62,000 bases of DNA from Octopus vulgaris (Eukaryota): positions 38,398,001 to 38,460,000 of the forward strand of contig OX597823.1 in NCBI GenBank assembly GCA_951406725.2. Reading direction: 5' to 3'. Both the position numbers and the translations under genes were made by a program. Position 1 is the first letter of the stretch, and each line of letters opens with the position of its first letter. Of the stretch, positions 51,083 through 62,000 are shown one piece after another. The notes under the pieces are model-generated. The model had not been told where the DNA came from. It saw only the letters and a list, made by a program, of their open reading frames with translations, and did not search any database.

Positions 51083-54000
51083 TGATTGATTGATTGATTG
51101 ATTGATTCTAGTTTCAGCTTATGAGCTGTGGCCATGCTGGGGCACCGCCATTTGGTGTTGCTACTTGGTTTCACTTCATGGAGGCTTTCTAGCAACTGCT
51201 ATTTGGTGCATGAGAGAGTTCGATGCAGCTGCCCTCATCTGCCCCTCCTGCCGTGAAGTTGGTTCATCTGGGACACCTGACAGGAAGAGATCCAGCTCCA
51301 TTTTAAAGACATTTGTATCCACCCCATGCAGGTCTCTCAGGTTCTTCGGGAGGATATTGAAGAGCTGTGGGCCTCGGAAGCCCAGGCTATCACAGAATCT
51401 TGTCCTACATCTTGATGGCAGGTTTGGAGTCCTAGGCACCACGCAGTGGCGCCCAGTTCTGGCATTTGCGTAACTCTCGATGCCAAAGTTCAGGACACTT
51501 CCCTCCAGGATCTTCCAGATGTATATTATGGCATATCTTTCCCGCCTACGCTCCAGGGAATATAATTTTAATCTCTGAGTCTTTCCCAGTAGCTTACATT
51601 CTGCATAGAGGCTATCTTCTTTGTGTAGCTTCGTTGGATCGCCTCAAGTTCTGTGATCAACTTGACACTGGATGGTGACCATAGCTGAGAGCAATAGTCA
51701 AAGTGGCTTAGGACAAGTGTCTTCCAGAGGACCATCATGGTTTCTTGTTCTCTTGTTCTAAAGGTTCTAAGAATCCATCCAGCCAGCCGTCTACATTTCA
51801 TTGTCAGTTTAGCAACATGTACATGAAAGGTCGCGTCATCACTCATGTGAATACCAAGGTCACGCACTGATTGTGCCTCTGGGATTGCAATCCCTCCGGG
51901 TCCAGTGTATTCATTGGGTATTGCATTCAGTTTTGCATGCTGATAGTATAAAGCTTGAAACTTTCCAGCATTGAACTGCATGCTATTCTTTTCAGCCCAC
52001 TTGTATATTTCGTCCAGCTCACATTGCAGGTGTTTAGTGTCCTCAGGGTTCTGTATTGCCTGTGAGACTTTTGTATCATCTGCATAACTTGTGATCGTGG
52101 CTCTCTGCGTGGCTGAGGGCATGTCTGAGAGGGCCATTATGAACAGTAGTGGTCCCAGAACAGTGCCCTGCGGAACACCGCTCACTATTTGTGTGTTAAT
52201 GGAGGTGGCCCCATTGGCTACTACCACCTGACTTCTATCCTTCAGAAAGTCATGAAGCCATTCTCCCAGTTTTCCAACTATGTTGAGATCACGCAGTTTG
52301 TGACATATCATTCCATGATCGACTTTATCAAAGGCCTTTGCAAAGTCGAGATATATCACTTCCACATTTGAGTGGTTGAGCAGCCGTTTCAGCACCCAGT
52401 CATAGTGTTGTAGGAGCTGAGTTAAACAGCTTCTCCCTGGTCGGAAACCATGTTGGGTGTCGGGCAGCAGGTCATTCTCTTCAAGGAAGGTGATCAGCTT
52501 CCTTCTGACTATTCGTTCCATGACCTTGCTGATGTGTGAGGTCAGAGAGATAGGTCTATAGTTCTTGGCTTCCGCTCTGCTACCTCCTTTATGAATGGGG
52601 CATATTTTACCTTCCTTCAGTTTTCCTGGAAGTTTGCCAGCTGCAAGGAAGCTCTGAAAGAGGAACTGCAGTGGTCTTGCTAGGACTCTCTTACATGCTT
52701 TTAGGAGGATTGCCGGGAATCCATCGGGGCCAGAAGCTGAGTCTGTTTTCATTTCATCTATAGCCTTGGTTACATCGTCTTCCTTTATATCGATGTAATC
52801 TATCGTCGCCGCCTCTGATTTTATATCTGCAGTGGTAAAAAAGTCAGTTGGATTGGTGATTTGGAGATGCCCAAGGGGTGGAGTGAAAACACTCTTGAAT
52901 TGCTCATTCAGTATTTCACTTACCCTCATTGGTTTTCCTGTAAGTGTGCCATCCTTTTCAAGGAGTGGCCCTATTCTACAGTGCACTGTAGCTGTTTCTT
53001 TGGCATACCTGTAGAAAGCTCTGGGGTTAGATTTTATGTTTTCTATAGCCCAGGCTTCTTTGTCTGCTCTTTCTTTTTCATGGGAGAGTTGCAGACATTT
53101 TTCGATTTCCAACAGTTTTATTTTTAGGCGGGACTTTTCACTACTTTCAATCTGTTTGTTTAGGCGATTTGAAAATTTCGTACACCGTCTCATTAAAATT
53201 TTCCTCTCTCTGGGGATTTTGTTGTTGTGTACAGTGGCCTTTCTCTCTGGGACACATTTGTAGCATATGGCTTGCATTACAGACATGAATTGTTGAAGTT
53301 TCACATCGATGTCTGGCGAGGAGAGACATTCAGGCCAGTTTTGTTTGAGGATCTCTTTTCAATTTGTTTCCAGTTTGCCTTATGGTAGTTCAAGCTGGAA
53401 AGATTTTGAGGGTTTCTTGTAGGCTGCATGTCCGTGCTCTCTTTTGGCCCGTACATGGTCAGCTCTATCATGTTGTGATCCGAGAGTAGTGTCGGTGTCA
53501 CTTTCACATTATGGATGAGATCCATGTCATTTGTGAAGCAGAGATCCAGTGTGTTACCTGCCCTGGTTGGTTGGAGTATTACCTGCTCCATGTACAGGGT
53601 GTTGATGAGGTTCAGGAGGGACCTCGCCTGTCCTCGTTCACATCTTGTCATTCCTGGGAGAGAAAGGCCCTCGGGCCATCTGACATTGGGCAGATTGAAG
53701 TCTCCCATAAGAAGCACACCTATGTGTTGTTCTAATGTGGTTAGAATTTCTTCTATTTTTATAAGGCAGTCTTCGAACTTGCCCACATGGCTTGGGGCAT
53801 CTGGAGGGCGATATGTAGCACACACAACTACATCAAGTTGCCTAATATGTACAATTAGTGTGTCACACACCGAGTTTGAGTATGACAAGAGGACCTGGGG
53901 TGTGAGGTCCTCACGGATGTACATAGCAACACCTCCATGACTCCTTTCTTTCCTGTCGGTCCGTAGTACAGCATACTGTGGTATGTGTAACTCCGCATCT

Positions 54001-54170
54001 GCTATGTCCGGTTTCAGGTGCGTTTCTGTAAGTGCTATGCATAAGGCTTGATTGCATGCAACAAAGTCTCTCAGGAACGGGATCTTTGTCCTGTTACTGA
54101 GTGTTTGCAGTCCTCTGATGTTCAGTAGGAGTATCGAGGTGAGGTGTACGTTGTTGCCGGCGGTGTCCAT
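51083..54170 (-). mobile_element. 5'-truncated copy of the 12-17.7 kb CR1-group LINE (ORF2 only, two frameshifts)
   Basis: About 99.5% identical to 11957-15043 by eye: roughly a dozen substitutions plus 1-bp deletions at ~53357 and ~51576. It has an (AATC)n tail, and its 5' end falls on the ORF2 ATG. Confidence 0.96.
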
Positions 54171-54972
54171 GAGTTGCATAAGAATCAGCAACCTTAAATG
54201 TTAAACTGACACAAGAAAATGCTCATGAGACTCAGTAACCAGACTACTAGTAGTGAATCCTGAGACTCAGTAACTATGTTAAACTGACTGACTACTAACA
54301 AATGAGTCCATAACTTGTTATATCTGTATGTTATTGAGTAACATCAGGCTCAAATTACTTCAACAATCATAAGGGAAAGTCATAACTCTACCTAGCCATG
54401 TCAGCATTAAAAAACAAATCAGTGTGTCTGTTTATGCACACAAATAATATTTGATATAATTTTATAGATTGAATTATAAGACAAGTCCTGCCTTAGGGTT
54501 AACTTATCATATGAACTATGTTTAAATGTCGAGAAGATTATAGAATATTGATATTTCATTATTTAATCCAACTTTTATCTATTAAGCCATCCTTAATTCT
54601 CTTTCTTAATCAGTTTTCATTGATTATTATTTTTGTTGTTGTTATTATTTGGATTGTTAGAATTATTAGAACATTTGACAAAATATCTTGCAATATTGCT
54701 TCCTGAGTTTACATCTCATTGAGACCAACTTCCATGATTGATAAAATTTTGTACCAGTCAAATACTAATCCATTAACTCAGCCAACTCCATTTCCACAAA
54801 ATTTCAGGCCTTGAATCTATGTTTGAAAAAATTGTTATTGTTGTTGGTAAGGTAGTAAGCTAGCAGAATTGTTAATGTGCTTCACAAAATGTTTAGTGGG
54901 ATTTCTTCCAGTTCTAGCAGAAGTACCAACCTTCAAGCAGTTTCTTGCTACTCATTATGTATTAAGGAGGTA

Positions 54973-56252
54973 TTGGGTCTTCCCATAAATAATGTGTTTT
55001 TTTTTCAATTGCACGAACTAAAATTCGGAAGCTGATAGGATAAACTACCTGCATCAACTTGCTATAAAAGCAGATAGTAATTTTACTTTGTCCTTATTCT
55101 TAGTGTAAGTTTTGAAGAGTGCAGTTCAATTTTAACAGTTATTTTTTCAAAGCTATAATGGAAGTGACAAAGAATATATTCAGCATATTTTGCTTTATGA
55201 GTTCAGTAAAAACGACAACACAATGGAAAGTGCGAGGAATATTAATGCAGTATATTGGGATTGAACAATAAGTGTTAAGCCATTGTCAATGATGGTTCCA
55301 GAAATTCTGAGCTGGAAACTACAGCCTAGAAGACGAACCCCACCCTGGTAGATCTATAGAGCTTGATGAGGACGTTCTCCAAACCCTGGTGGAGCAAAAT
55401 CCCATTGTAACTGTTGAGGAACTAGCAGAGAAGCTTGGATGGATTTGGTTATTCAACCATTCACCAACACCTGCGTGCCATCAGAAAAGTTAGCAAATTG
55501 GGTCAATGAGTTCCTCACAATTTTTCCGAGTCTAATCACATGCAGAGAGTGAATGTGTGCTTTTCTTTGTCATGTCTCATAGTTGAACCTTTCTTGGACT
55601 GAATAGTGACTGGTGATGAGAAATGGGTTCTCTATAAAAATGTCAAGTGCCAAAGACTGGGTAAGGAAAGGAGAAACACCGGCACTCCAGGCTAAAGAAG
55701 GTCTTCACCCACATAAGAGGTGTTGTTATCTGTTTGGTGGGATATGAAAGGTTTAGTTCACTTTGAACTTTTAAACCCAAACCAAATTATAACAAAGGAG
55801 ATCTACTGTAAGTAGCTTGAATGACTTAAGTCAGCACTACAAGAAAAATGACCATCTTTAGTTTCAAGACAAAAAGTGTTTTTCCATCAGGATAATGCTC
55901 ATTCACATACAGTGAGGACGACATTCCAAAAGCTGGAGCACTTTGAGTGGGAAACAATGCCTCACCCACCATATTCACTGGACATTGCCCAATCGGATTA
56001 TCATTTATTCTGCAGTCTTTAAAATCATTTGGATGGAAAATATATGAATTCTGTAGATGAGATCACAACAGTACTGAAGGAGCATTTTTCGTCATGGAGA
56101 AGTGAATTTTGGAAGAGAGGCCTTGCAAGCCTACCACATAGATGTAAGAGCATTGTAGAAAATGGAGAGGATATTTTAGATTAAAAAGAACTTTATCTTA
56201 ATTTTGAAAAATAAAAGTATAAAAAAACTGCATTATTTATGGGATGACCCAA
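54973..56252 (+). mobile_element. full-length decayed mariner transposon
   Basis: TIRs TTGGGTCTTCCCATAAATAATG and CATTATTTATGGGATGACCCAA, with TA on the left; 1280 bp. Confidence 0.92.
55158..56184 (+). pseudogene. mariner D34D transposase pseudogene
   Basis: MEVTKEYIQHILLYEF, *VPHN (WVPHEL), IVTGDEKWVLY, FHQDNAHSH, PHPPYSLDIAQSDYHLF; multiple stops and frameshifts. Confidence 0.92.
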
Positions 56253-56268
56253 TTCATTATATACACGT

Positions 56269-56269
<1 letters not shown>

Positions 56270-56316
<47 letters not shown>

Positions 56317-56402
56317 TCATATATATACATGTACATAAATACATACTGTCATATATATAAATAAAGCCATATATATAATATATACACACACACATTATAC
56401 AC

Positions 56403-56443
<41 letters not shown>

Positions 56444-56510
56444 GTCCCAGGATGGGACGAATGTTACTCTATATATATATATATATATATATATAAATAT
56501 ATATATATAT
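56270..56510. repeat. compound (CT)n/(CA)n/(TA)n microsatellite with a 29-nt GC-rich island
   Basis: Directly visible; island at 56441-56469. Confidence 0.9.
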
Positions 56511-58046
56511 AAGACTCATTTTAGAAGTTGCTCTTGGTGTGCTCTCCATAGTATGTAAGAGTGGCAGATACCACACACATACACATAACAATAGAAACTT
56601 GGACATGATTATGAATCAATTCCTTTTGGGGTTGATAAAATAAGTGCCAGTACTGGGGTTGATGTAATCGCTGGCCTTTTTTTTTTTTTTTTTAAGTTTG
56701 TTCCTTATTGACTCTTTGGTACCTCAGAACCTTAATTCTTGACAGATGGCTGTTTAGCTAAAAAATAGAAAGCTATGTTCATAATAAGTTAATGGTACAA
56801 ACATGTAATGATATATATGATTTTATCAACATTTATTCCTGACTATATTATTGTCATTTCAATGACAGTAAAGCAAATTTTAAGGTCATTTGTTGGTAGT
56901 AGAAACACTGAAGATCCAAAGATCTCTGGTCCAATTCCAAGTTTTGTCATATTAGCGAGGTTGAAATTATTACTATCATAATTATTCATATATACTATGT
57001 ACCACTATTTTGGGGCAAAGAAAGCTTGTAAAATATACTTTGTGTATAATATACACAAGACTTTATCTTTGAGGAAATCAGCAATAGTGGGGAATGTTAA
57101 AAAATAACTTGGCCTTTTAGAATTACCATAATGAATCTATACTTCAAAATAGGTGAACCATGCTCCATCCTCTAATTTTTTTTGTGTTTGATTTTTTTTC
57201 TATATTTTTTTTCTAAACAATCTCTGGATTTTTGAGTTTTGAATGTTGGACATTCTGTGTTTATGTTAAAATTGCATCATTTAATATATATTTGATCTTT
57301 TTTGTGTGTGTGTGTGTGTGTTTTGATCATGTTTGATTCTTATTGTAAGACAGACGGTTAGATTTCTCCATTCATAAATTTCTTTCCCAATGACTTTCAT
57401 ATAAAAAAAACCCTCATTTTGTTTATTTTCATGAGGATTAAATTTTTTTTAATTAGGAAGGTTTCATTTTCAAAATTGCTTACTTTGTCGTCATCATCAT
57501 TTTTACATCCAAAGGTTGGACAAAACCTTTTCAACATAGCATTCTGCCATTTGTTGCATTTCTTCTCATCTCTTTTGTGAGGTTTGGCTTCTTGATATTA
57601 GCCTTCATTTCCGCTCATGTCTCTTTTAGTCTTCCTTTTCTTACCAGCTGTCATCATCCACATATATTACATGCCCATACCAGTGCAGCCATTGCTGGTA
57701 TGGACATGTAATGTTTCATAAGTTAACTAAGAGTCTTTGAGAAATGAAAATGGTACTATATAATTTCTTTCAAATAATTTGTTTCAGTTAATCTATTGTT
57801 ACAGGAAAATAAATACTTTTTTTCTTGAAATATGCTTTAGATTTCTAAATTTTGAATTCTCACATCACATGTCATTACATCAAGTAATATTATATATATA
57901 TATATTAGTATACTAATACAGCGTTATAGTAATACATCTGTTCGTTGTCTACACCACTTGTCTTCGTCTTTTGTTTTTTTGTGAATTCTCCCTGTATATA
58001 AATATTATATTATATATATATATATATACATACACACATATATATA

Positions 58047-58117
<71 letters not shown>

Positions 58118-60141
58118 AGTTATTTTGATTGCGTTTAGCTTGAGTCATGGAACAGATCGATCTTTTACAAATTTCTTTTTTCCTTGAAATCTGTCAAATA
58201 AGTATTTGCATTTTGGTTATATTTCATAAAAAAGTACCCTTTGATCTTTACTAGTGTTGGCTGTAAAACTGCATCTATTATCTACAGACAGTTATAATTT
58301 GTTTGTTGTTTTCCTAGAGACTCAATTTACTTTTAATAATGATATACTCAGTTTTAATACATGTTGCTACAGCTGAACAAACATTTCTGTAAAGATTTTA
58401 AAGATTTTAAATCTCCTCAGAACTTTCTTTTATGCAGTTTTCTTTTTCTAAATGTTCTTTGGATTTAGTTGTATTGAACATTAGACATTTAGGATCTGGT
58501 AATTTTTTTTAAATAAAAAAAAAATTTTGCAATATATATAATTTAATATAATGTTAAAATCATTGAATAAAATAGAAAATATTTTTATATATATTATGTA
58601 TATACTAAATGATTTAAACATCTCAACAATATATATTGATGGGATGGTCATGACTGGAACACATTTGAATTGATACTACGGAAGGTTATTGGAATAAAAT
58701 TTTTGGGAGTGTAGAAGTAAATAAACAGAGATTAAAGTGAATAAACAGAAACTAAGTACCTTCTATCCTTTTGTACTGTTTCTATTTTGGTTTTACATTT
58801 TATTTCTGAATTGTTTCAATGTGTGAATGAGATATTAGTAAGATAGTTAACAACCTTGAGTAATAATGGTCTGAAGGAGATATTTATGAAATATAAGGAA
58901 CATTTAATATATTTTCACTGTCATGATAAAATGTATTATAGTAATTCATAATCTGACACACCAGGTAATAGATATGTTAGGCCATTCCAAATATGGCTAC
59001 AGAGAATGAGTGACATTTAGCTTTACCTTTTATATAATGGGTAAAATACACATCCATAAATTTTAGATTTAGAAATTTGTGGAAAAAAATGTTTATTATT
59101 ATATGGTAATCAAAATTTGTGTAGTTTGACTTAGTGAGAGTATTAGAAGGGAGAGCTTTTGGGGTTATATATATACATATTGATGTTTAATCATTGTTAT
59201 AATAAGACTAACCAAAATATGATAGAAGAATTGTTCCAAATTTCTTTCAGCCAGCTTATATATGCTATAGGATACAGATTGGAAAAGTTTAAGAAATGTA
59301 AAAAAAAATGTATAAAACAAGAAAATCAAGAAATGTTTCTAACATTTTTCTATTTTTTTTTTTTAAGATATCATTATGAAAACTTTACCCTATGTTGGAA
59401 AAAATCCATTATAATTGCTAAATTTTGTTTATTTTGAAAAACTGTGTGCAATTTTCTGTGATAATCTTTGATGCTAAGGAATTATTAGGGAAACTCTGGA
59501 AGTTTATTTTGTCTTATCTAATGAAAGTTGGAATATTTGAAAATAATTTTTAGTTTTGGAGAATAATTTTTGTGAATTGTCCTTAATTGTTCTTTGTCTC
59601 TGTACAAATTTCTGTTGAATTGGTTAAGCTAGTGGACCAAATGAAAGAAGTTAATTAAGATAACAAATGTTTAATAAATATGATCACATTGAACAATTCA
59701 AATATAATTATTCAAGAATTTGATTGTATTTGTATGTTAAAATGTATTTCGATCAGCACAATGTTTTTCCCAATCTTTGATCCTGTTCTTAGAATTAGCA
59801 TTAGTCTTTAATTGCTTATTTCAACTGCTTTGTACTCATCTTGCTGTCAATTGACATTGACAAACTTAGTTGTGATGATTTTAGTTTCTTTATTGCTAAT
59901 GAGGATTTAGTTAGATATTTGCTTACAGCACTCAGATGTTTGCATACTGCCTTGCCACATGCATACTCCTATCACCAGCACTACATCCTATCACAAGCAA
60001 TGGCACCACTGTTAAAAATGGTATTTAAGTACTCCTTTTGCTCCAAATTCAGGCCCACTCTACTCTTATCGAGGCTGTTGGATTTTAACCTACCTCAGAA
60101 TCATCATCCATGACTAGGCAAGCAGAACTTAGTGCCAACAG

Positions 60142-60258
60142 ATATCCAGGGACATGATGTCCATTTCTCATTCGTTTTCTTCACCTTCTGCATTTCGGTC
60201 TTCATACCGGAATCTTATGCGAACTTTGGGATCTCCTATTCGATCTAATTCTGTTGAG
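60142..60258 (+). CDS. candidate 117-bp phase-0 exon of an unidentified host gene (ISRDMMSISHSFSSPSAFRSSYRNLMRTLGSPIRSNSVE)
   Basis: AG at 60140-60141, 39 open codons, donor GTCAGT at 60259, locally CpG-rich. The acceptor is weak and no homology was recognised. Confidence 0.22.
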
Positions 60259-60454
60259 GTCAGTTTTTGCCATCTAGTCTTTTCTTTAAATTGCCTTTGT
60301 TTTTTAATTTATGAATTTGTGATTTATATGTTAATATGTTAGTAGAAAAAGAAATTATCTTTGATAGATGTAACAGTGTTGTTGGATGCTAAGAGAATTT
60401 GCTGTTGATTTTGTTATCAATGTTGATGTTCTTTTGCAGATTATTTTACACTAT

Positions 60455-60680
60455 AATCAAAGTGGTAAGCTGGAAGAATTTTTACATTGTCGGACAAAAT
60501 GCTTAGCAGAATTTCATTTGGCTCTTTACATTCTGAGTCCAAATTCCACTGAGGTCGTCTTTACCTTTCATCCTTTTGGGGGTCGATAAAAAAAGTACCA
60601 GTTGACCACTGGAGTTGATGTAATCAACTTAGCTCACTCACCTCAAATTGTTGGCCATGTCCCAAAATTTGAAACCATTA
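60455..60680 (+). mobile_element. SINE
   Basis: CATTCTGAGTCCAAATTCCACTGAGGTC...GGGGGTCGATAAAAAAAGTACCAGTTGACCACTGGAGTTGATGTAATC...CCAAAATTTGAAACCA; same family as 50712-50940. Confidence 0.75.
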
Positions 60681-61628
60681 TTTTTATACTGAAATAGCAT
60701 TCTGATTTCTAACAACTTAAAAATATTTAATATTTACTGACTTCTTTTTCTTTATTTTGCTGGTTTTTTTTATTTATAATTACAGAAGTAATGTTCAGCT
60801 CACTCATGGATTTGGGTGGTTGAGGATTGTTTCATCAAAATTGTTTTCAATAAAATACAGAGAATGATGAGAAGAAAATTCAATAGTTGATATTTCTTAT
60901 TTTGAAAGTGAGAAAATGGAATATTATTTAAGATTGATAATGGCTAATGAGTTTCCAGTTATTTTAAATCTTAAAAAGAACATTTTTATCAATTTTGTTA
61001 CAGGATGGAATTAGAAATAATTTGTAAAATGTATTTATTGAAATGCTTTCTATATTCTGAAATTAGTTACATTTTTATTTAAGTAGATAGTGACATTGAT
61101 GAATTACTTGCATAAAGTTAAATACCAATTGTCTTTGGAATTATGTTACATTGTTTTGCTAAGGAGGCAGATGTAGCTGAGTTGATAAGGGGATAGTTGC
61201 AACTGAGTTTTTAAGGAGACAGGGTTTTAATCAAAGCCTTGACTATTTATCTCTGCTGCATTTGCACCTAACAAAATGACACAGTTTACTTATCAGCTAC
61301 TAGGTATTGACTTAAGGTATAGTTCACTACTATAAACAGAACTGTATGACTGACAATGTTTGTAAATTAAAAGTGGTGAGTTGAAATTCTCCTGAGAACT
61401 AAAACAACATAGGAAGCCACTCCAGTATTTTACTTTGATGTTAACAATGCCAACATGTATTTTACAGACAAGAAAATAAATTTTGAATACAATAAAGCTG
61501 TACTGCATTCCAAATTTACTTGTCTGTAAAATACCAATCACATTCGATGCTTCCAAAGTTTGTTTGAAAAATGTCGTCACATTTCAAAAGCTATAATTTA
61601 GCTTTAAAATTGACGGTAAGTATCAGTA

Positions 61629-61699
61629 GGCCATTTAGCATAATGATAGAGTACTTAGCCAGTATCTGAGGGGTACAGGTTCAACTCCCATAGCTGTCT
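61629..61699 (+). pseudogene. tRNA-like sequence (AGT anticodon, Thr-like) pseudogene or SINE head
   Basis: A-box-like TAGCATAATGA, anticodon arm CTTAG-CCAGTAT-CTGAG, B-box GGTTCAACTCC. The acceptor stem pairs poorly. Confidence 0.55.
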
Positions 61700-62000
61700 G
61701 CCGGCAACTTTTTTCCATCTTATAAGAATAAAATACCGTCTTTCTGCTGTTTTCACCGCTATACTGCATTCGAAATTTACTTTCTAGTCTGTAAAATCCA
61801 AAAACACATACAATGCTTACAAAGTTTGTTTATAAAATGTTATCGAATACTAATATGCATTTTTCCATCGGTGTCTCTGCTACCAAATTCATTACAGGTT
61901 GTTAGTTTTACTTTATGAAAGTGAAGTTATTGATTGAAAATTGACCTTTGTTAAATTGGAGGGAAAAATACTTCCTTTTCCTGATAAGTGATATTAATGT

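Noticed and set aside
51083-54170. Segmental duplication or assembly duplicate of 12-15 kb
   Set aside because: Identity ends exactly at the LINE tail and at the 5' truncation, and the flanks are unrelated, indicating an independent retrotransposition.
61629-61699. Functional tRNA-Thr(AGT) gene
   Set aside because: The acceptor stem has several mismatches and the D-loop lacks GG; treated as a pseudogene or SINE head.

Overview
AT-rich eukaryotic (metazoan) DNA made almost entirely of repeats, with no confidently identifiable host gene. The SINE types, microsatellite load and composition suggest a cephalopod such as Octopus, but this is inference. The main block is a nested island at about 9.3-24.7 kb. 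In order it holds a Tc1 end, a ~570-bp palindrome, kb-scale (CA)n/(TA)n tracts, and an apparently full-length intact CR1-group LINE on the minus strand. That LINE has ORF1 with a Myb/SANT-like domain and a CCCH finger, ORF2 with APE and RT, and a satellite array upstream of ORF1. Next comes a 4.65-kb non-coding element bounded by 603-bp inverted repeats, each carrying a type I hammerhead ribozyme motif, and then a 3' fragment of a second CR1 family. Elsewhere there is a ~99.5% identical ORF2-only copy of the LINE (51-54 kb), two decayed mariners, decayed RTE LINEs, many tRNA-derived SINEs, MITEs, a 21-bp minisatellite and further hammerhead-like remnants inside (TA)n tracts. The most interesting candidate system is a set of non-autonomous, hammerhead-bearing, Penelope-like elements and other retroelements that accumulate in (TA)n microsatellites. 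All alignments and folds were done by eye; no database searches were run.
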